A stretch of 64,000 bases of DNA from positions 3,100,001 through 3,164,000 of the forward strand of contig OX337235.1 of the NCBI GenBank assembly GCA_946965045.2, read 5' to 3'. The position numbers and the translations under genes are program-made. Below, piece after piece: positions 59,144 to 64,000 of the stretch; within the stretch, counting starts at the first letter, position 1; the number at the start of each line of letters is the position of its first letter. This stretch comes from Epithemia pelagica (Eukaryota > Protista > Bacillariophyta). The notes beneath the pieces are model-generated. The model saw only the letters and a list, made by a program, of their open reading frames with translations, was not told where the DNA came from and searched no databases.

Positions 59144-59578
59144 TCAGTTGTCGAGGGGGTCTTCAACGTGCCTCCAGCGGGCTTTGTGGGGTTTCTTGGT
59201 TTGCTGCTTTCGAATGGCTTCAGTCAGCATGTCTTCGAACCTTTTTGCCATTGGCTTGGCATCGTGGATGTTGCATTTGTCCAGCTCAATGCACAGAACA
59301 TGCATCTGGCTGGCAATGTCCGGATGCTGGTCCAAAACTGCCGTCTCATAGGTGAAATCGTCGTCTTCTTTCCACTCGCTGATGCTGTCCTTGTTGACCT
59401 GGGTGCAAATCAGCATAGCCTCTGGCTGACTGACCAACACCCACACCTTGACTTCAGTTTTCTTCCCTTCAACGTCGTACCATCCATGCCCACCCTTGTA
59501 CGTTCCTTTCAGGAACCGAATACGCTCTCCTTTTCGGTCCTCCCATGCCTGGGTCAGTGCAAAAGGCTTCGGTGCCAT
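59144..59578 (-). CDS. Transposon accessory ORF1, 144 aa, KOW/SH3-like N-terminus
   Basis: KGERIRFLKGTYKGGHGW resembles a KOW motif; ATG start, intact, coding-like composition. Confidence 0.55.
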   Translation of the reverse strand: MAPKPFALTQAWEDRKGERIRFLKGTYKGGHGWYDVEGKKTEVKVWVLVSQPEAMLICTQVNKDSISEWKEDDDFTYETAVLDQHPDIASQMHVLCIELDKCNIHDAKPMAKRFEDMLTEAIRKQQTKKPHKARWRHVEDPLDN

Positions 59579-59871
59579 CGTTCGTTTGGTTGCTGGTTGT
59601 TGTTGCTGGCTTGTTGTTGTTGCTAGCTGGTTGCTGCTGGCGGTCTGGCTGCTGCTGCTGTTGTTGTATTGGATGTCGTTCTCGCGTCAATTTGTTTGGT
59701 TGCTGCGTACTCCCACACATTGACATCCTGCTCAATAATATGAGAACACGAGAATTTTTTGGCGAGAGTAGGATTTCTGTGGGGGAGTGCGCCATCGGAA
59801 AACCCTCACAAAACACAGAAGAGAAAGCATTCTCGTTATCAAGCAAAGCAGATTGCAACCAGTCAGGTACG

Positions 59872-60806
59872 ATGATCATCTTAACACCTAATGAGATTGC
59901 CCGTGAAGGCCTAGAGCTCTGTAGTGTTGTGCATGGCATCGTGTGTAGCTTAGCACAGCTCTATAAGGATTTTCGATCTCTCTATGGGTCTGACCCACTC
60001 ACCGTGGCTAACATATGGTATGATATGAATACCACTGCTATTCCTGAAGCTTCTCTTTCTGAGAAAGAGAAGCTTCATGGACTAAAGATGTTTATGCTTG
60101 CGATGTACTTTTTGTGGAACTATCCACGGAACACAACAACCCTGGCATGTACATTCAAGGTGAATGAGAAGTATGCCTCGGGGAGAGCACTATGGAAGTG
60201 GATCGCTCGGATCCAGGCTCTAAAAGGTACAAAAATTGTTTGCGAGAAGAACCGTGCTCTCGATCGTGACGACAGGCCGCTCCCGAAATTTGCGATATCT
60301 GTCGACGGGGTTGATTGTAAAATCAATGAGCCAAAGCATCCGACAAAGTCTGTCGATCGCAAGTACTACTCACACAAGTTCAACCACGGAGCGTTGAAGT
60401 ATGAGCTTGCGATCGGCATCTTCAAGCCCAAACTGGTGTGGATAAACGGCCCGTTTCAAGCGTCGAAACACGACATTACTGTGTTTCGAGACCACGGACT
60501 CTTGGAGAAAATGAAAACCGACCATCCGGGAAGATTTGTGGTGGCTGATCGAGGATACCAGACGAGTCGTCCGGACGAGATTGGAATTATGAGCACCCCA
60601 AATGACATGGACCCCAAGTTGCTGAAGAACTTCAAGACTCTCGTGTTCGCCAGAGGCATGAGAGCTTCAACGGACGAATCAAGTTCTTCAAATGCCTCAG
60701 TGAGACGTTCCGCCATACCCAGGAGAAACACAAAATCGCTTTCGAAGCGGTTTGCGTCATTGTCCAGTATCAGATGGACAATGGAGCACCAATCTTTGAC
60801 GCTTAG
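59872..60806 (+). CDS. DDE_Tnp_4 / HARBI1-like transposase, frameshifted near the C-terminus
   Basis: ISVDGVDC, LKYELAI...WINGPF.AS.HD, VVADRGY. Removing a 2-nt excess at about 60638 restores RVRQRHESFNGRIK...TAG 60806. Confidence 0.88.
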
Positions 60807-60991
60807 ATGTATTGGAAGTTTGACCACTGCATAATAATTGATAATTGATATTAGTACTAATTCACCATTATTGCCTACCACGCTATAGGTCTGTTGCTTT
60901 GTGCTGTTGTCTTTTCAAAGTGGCTGAGACCTCACTACAATTGGCTCTCGATCTCATACTAGTCTCAGCTCACACATGCAGTCTCATGAAT

Positions 60992-62452
60992 CTAGTTGTG
61001 AACCGTGGAGTCATCCCCTCCACTAGTAGGGGCAATGGGAGTAGGGGCAGCGGGAGTGTGAGCACGACGACAAGAAGCCAGACGGTTTGCAATATCCGCG
61101 TCACGCCGAGAAGTGCTGGATTTGAGGCCAACGCGACGGCCCCCAGATTCGGCAATTGTCCAATAGGCATACCAGGTCAGTGAATCGTACGTCTCCCCTT
61201 GGAGGTGAAACGTGTGAGGGATGGCGGTGACTTCGGTAGGGACATAAGTCTCGTCGTTCGCAAGCGTGAAGTTGTCTAAATAAATCTCCTCGCTGAACTT
61301 CAGGAGGTAGTTCATCAACTCGCGACTTTTTCCTGCGGCCTTGATGTCACTTCTCAGACCATTGATGGCATCCAGTGTGACCGTCTGCGCACTGGCTTCC
61401 ATGTCAATCACATAATCTTTAGCATTGTTGCGGGCATGATGGTCCTGGGATGGTCCGGTAAGTAAGATGCATCTGTTCCACAAGGACTGGTCCACGTATT
61501 TGTGAGGGATCGACGCTGACCACAGATGTCGATCCTCACCCGCGATCAGCTTGCGTATGTGAATGGCATTGCGTATGTGGTTGTTGTAGCGCAATCCGAG
61601 GAGTCGAAAAATCTCAAACTCACGATTTCTCTCCAATTTTGATAGGTCAACATCGATCTCGATCCAGTTCGACGTATCGACGGGGGATTCGTTGGAGCTG
61701 CTGTCGTCCATTGTGGTGGGTGAAAAGAGAGGGGGCCTGTTGGAGTGCTGTCGTCCTGGAGTTTGTTGGTTTCGCGGAGGAGTTTGTTGGTTTCGCGGAG
61801 GAGTCCGTTGGTTTCGTCGGGGAGGAGTGCGTTGGTATCCTTGTTGCCGACAATTTGGGGAGGCTTTTGTGGCGGGTGTTGGCTGAAACGACGGTGGTGC
61901 AAACGAAAATCCACCAAACTGATCCGACAATTCACAAGCTTCGTCGTTGGAAGCGGAAACTTTGTGAGGCGGCCTGTGGATTCGGACAGACCCGTCTTCG
62001 GTGCTTTCGCTGGAGGCAGAGGATGATGATTCAACAATCTTCGTCGCCTCGGGGATGGATGGGTCAACGTCTCCCTCGCACTGCTTAAACGCGTCAGTCT
62101 CTGCCCTGGTTGTCTCACTGACTTCGGAGACTTGGAGGCTCTGCAAGTGGACGAGGTAGTTCTTGATGAGCAGAAGTTTGTACCAACTAAACTTCTTTGC
62201 AAGCTGCTCTCGTCGCTTCTCGCCTTTGGTTCCGTAAAAGAAGGGGTTTTTCTCTGCAATCTCCAAGAAGCTGACCGACTGCCGTGGAAGCTTCGACCTT
62301 TCGATGTCACCAACAATCTGCTTCAACTCGTATTGAGCAAAGAGTGTTTGCCTTTTCTCTTTGGCTTTTTTCTCGTTCTCTTGCTGTTCCTCTTTGGTCT
62401 GCATTATGCTCTCGTCTTTCGTCTTGTGACAACAGAAACAATCAACCAGCAT
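60992..62452 (-). CDS. Transposon accessory ORF3, about 486 aa, unknown function
   Basis: Long intact ORF with a helical N-terminal domain (VGDIERSKLPR...FYGTKGEKRR), a Pro/Gln/Ser linker containing 21-nt repeats (TPPRNQQ), and a globular C-terminal domain. Start uncertain (62452 or 62404). Confidence 0.7.
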   Translation of the reverse strand: MLVDCFCCHKTKDESIMQTKEEQQENEKKAKEKRQTLFAQYELKQIVGDIERSKLPRQSVSFLEIAEKNPFFYGTKGEKRREQLAKKFSWYKLLLIKNYLVHLQSLQVSEVSETTRAETDAFKQCEGDVDPSIPEATKIVESSSSASSESTEDGSVRIHRPPHKVSASNDEACELSDQFGGFSFAPPSFQPTPATKASPNCRQQGYQRTPPRRNQRTPPRNQQTPPRNQQTPGRQHSNRPPLFSPTTMDDSSSNESPVDTSNWIEIDVDLSKLERNREFEIFRLLGLRYNNHIRNAIHIRKLIAGEDRHLWSASIPHKYVDQSLWNRCILLTGPSQDHHARNNAKDYVIDMEASAQTVTLDAINGLRSDIKAAGKSRELMNYLLKFSEEIYLDNFTLANDETYVPTEVTAIPHTFHLQGETYDSLTWYAYWTIAESGGRRVGLKSSTSRRDADIANRLASCRRAHTPAAPTPIAPTSGGDDSTVHN

Positions 62453-62944
62453 GACCGAGCCTTGCTTGCAAGTCAGAGGCGCCAAACAACAAAGACAAGG
62501 ATGCCTATCTAGTTGATAAGAATCATAGAGCAATGATTGCCTAAGTCTTCTTCTATTTAAACTCTTTCTTAGGAACAAGCCCTTGACGTGCATGCTACAT
62601 TCGTTTCCGTGTAGGAGACCAAATGACAGGCGTGACCCCACAACAAGTCAAAAGAGTCTCGACATGCGTCAAATGATGGATGCTTGTATATAGGGAATGC
62701 CGATTTGTGCCATGCATGCGAGGCAGGCTTCTGTCCATCCGCTTCCGCATGGTAGAACGAAAACACAACGACGAGTAACAAGCATCTCGGCATGCTTCGA
62801 ATAATTATTGCGTGTATCTACCTAGCTAGAATGCCGATTTGTGCCATGCACGTGATCCCCGTCCGTTTCCGCATGGTTGAACGGACAAAACACAAGACTC
62901 ATACATGTGACGGCCCCGGACGTCTCACAAAACAATCAAACACC

Positions 62945-63497
62945 ATGGCTCCAAGCAAGAACGACGGATGGATCAATTGGAGGTTCTGCAAGTCCAGGGA
63001 GCTGGTGATCTCGGACCTGGTGGACGGGACGATGCCCATCGATGCGACAGCTTCTGCCGCATGGGACCATTACAAGAAGACAGCTGTTTTTATCAAGGAG
63101 AAAGTTGTTTGGAGCCAGTTCGAGCAACGCTACAAGGATCACGTCAAGCAGACTCGTAAGAGCAAGTCTCTCAGTGATCAACAGATGGAGGCTCTACTGT
63201 TCGACAGGACCTGGAGAGTTGACTTTTGATCTCTCGGAAGCCAAGATGGAGTTGCGTGCTGATGTTGCGGACGGAAAGCATCTCAAGACTACACCGCTTG
63301 AGCTACAACGCACGCGACAATCCTACAAACAGTTTTCGTCCAAAAAGTTCAAGGAGCATATCTACCAGGAGCAGCGCCGCAAAAAGTTTGTTGCTGAGTT
63401 GGAACTCAAACGAGTCAACGAAAAGAAGAAGAAAGAGCAGCTACGAGGAATCAATGAGGTCCCAGTGACGGAGGATCAGGAAAACCAGCAGAGCTAG
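62945..63497 (+). pseudogene. Transposon accessory ORF4, duplicated helical (Myb/SANT-like?) domain, frameshifted
   Basis: W..CKSRELVISDL.DG and FDLSEAKMELRADVADG...Y..F..KKFKEHIYQE are two related halves in different frames, with the shift at about 63205-63229. Confidence 0.6.
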
Positions 63498-64000
63498 TAA
63501 CTACTTTCTATAGTCCTTCATTCACCCTTTAAGACTCTCATTTTTTGTCGTTTTCACATCGTCTTCACATTTCACATCGTCTTCACATCTTCTTCACATC
63601 TTCTTCACATCGTTGATGTGAATTTTCACATATTCATGTGAATTTTCACATGAAGTGTGAATATTCCTATCGCCACTGTTTTCTTCACATCACAGATGCG
63701 AAATTTCACATCGTCGATGTGAAATTTCACATGAAGTTTCCCTTAAGTAAAATCACACGCCGTCCGGTTAGGTTACTTAGATACGAGAGAAGGCATGCGT
63801 GATAACACATAGAATACTTAGATGAGAAGTACAGTACTACCAATTTTCTAAAATGTCAACCTACAGTCCTCTGTGAAGATTTTCCGGGTGTCCCTGATGC
63901 TATGATAAGGTCACCTTCGTCCTTGCCGCAGCCCTAGTTTAACAAATTGTTCTAAATAGTTGCTTACTTGCGGAACTATGGGCCCCTTTCGAATCACCAC

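Larger units (their letters stand above)
58284..63894. mobile_element. DDE_Tnp_4 (PIF/Harbinger-related) multi-ORF DNA transposon, 5611 bp
   Basis: Perfect 23-bp TIR GGGACACCCGGAAAATCTTCACA at 58284-58306 and 63872-63894, with degenerate inverted similarity for about 140 bp inward; TTCACAT subterminal arrays; transposase ORF inside. Confidence 0.88.

Noticed and set aside
22880-60645. Frameshifts at about 22885, 23178, 34952, 57666 and 60638 as programmed frameshifting
   Set aside because: Each is a 1-2 nt change in a homopolymer or dinucleotide run relative to a paralog or consensus; mutation or sequencing error is simpler.
58411-63750. TTAA at 58416-58419 and 63743-63746 as a piggyBac-like TSD marking the element ends
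   Set aside because: TACTTAAGG is part of the degenerate long inverted repeat; perfect 23-bp TIRs lie further out, at 58284 and 63894.
1-64000. rRNA, tRNA or bacterial operon features
   Set aside because: None seen; introns and gene families indicate a eukaryotic nuclear locus.

Overview
Eukaryotic genomic DNA with short GT-AG introns and gene families typical of a pennate diatom (inferred from protein families; the species cannot be determined). There are four zones. (1) 1.8-12.2 kb: a 3537-bp tandem array (about 2.84 copies) of a Crinkler-like P-loop NTPase + restriction-endonuclease-fold module. Copy 1 has a Ubl-like N-terminal header; copies 2 and 3 have a SAM-like header. (2) 12.7-30.6 kb: an LRR cluster with three intact type-II membrane LRR genes and one disrupted giant gene that concatenates four LRR ectodomain modules, three of them close paralogs of the neighbouring genes. 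(3) 31.1-38.0 kb: a very young Ty1/copia (CoDi-like) element with identical 153-bp TA...TA LTRs, a 4-bp TSD, and gag and pol separated by one in-frame UGA that sits in a hairpin. (4) 38-64 kb: ordinary genes (SET domain, desaturase-like, P-loop, Erg28-like, LURP/Tubby-like, fatty-acid hydroxylase, sulfotransferase-like, two alpha/beta hydrolases), two non-autonomous DNA transposons (Mutator-like and P-like), and a 5.6-kb DDE_Tnp_4 (PIF/Harbinger-related) transposon with four ORFs and palindromic subterminal arrays. No rRNA, tRNA or CRISPR array was seen. All domain calls are by eye from motifs; no database search was run. Several frameshifts lie in homopolymers or dinucleotide runs and could be sequencing errors.
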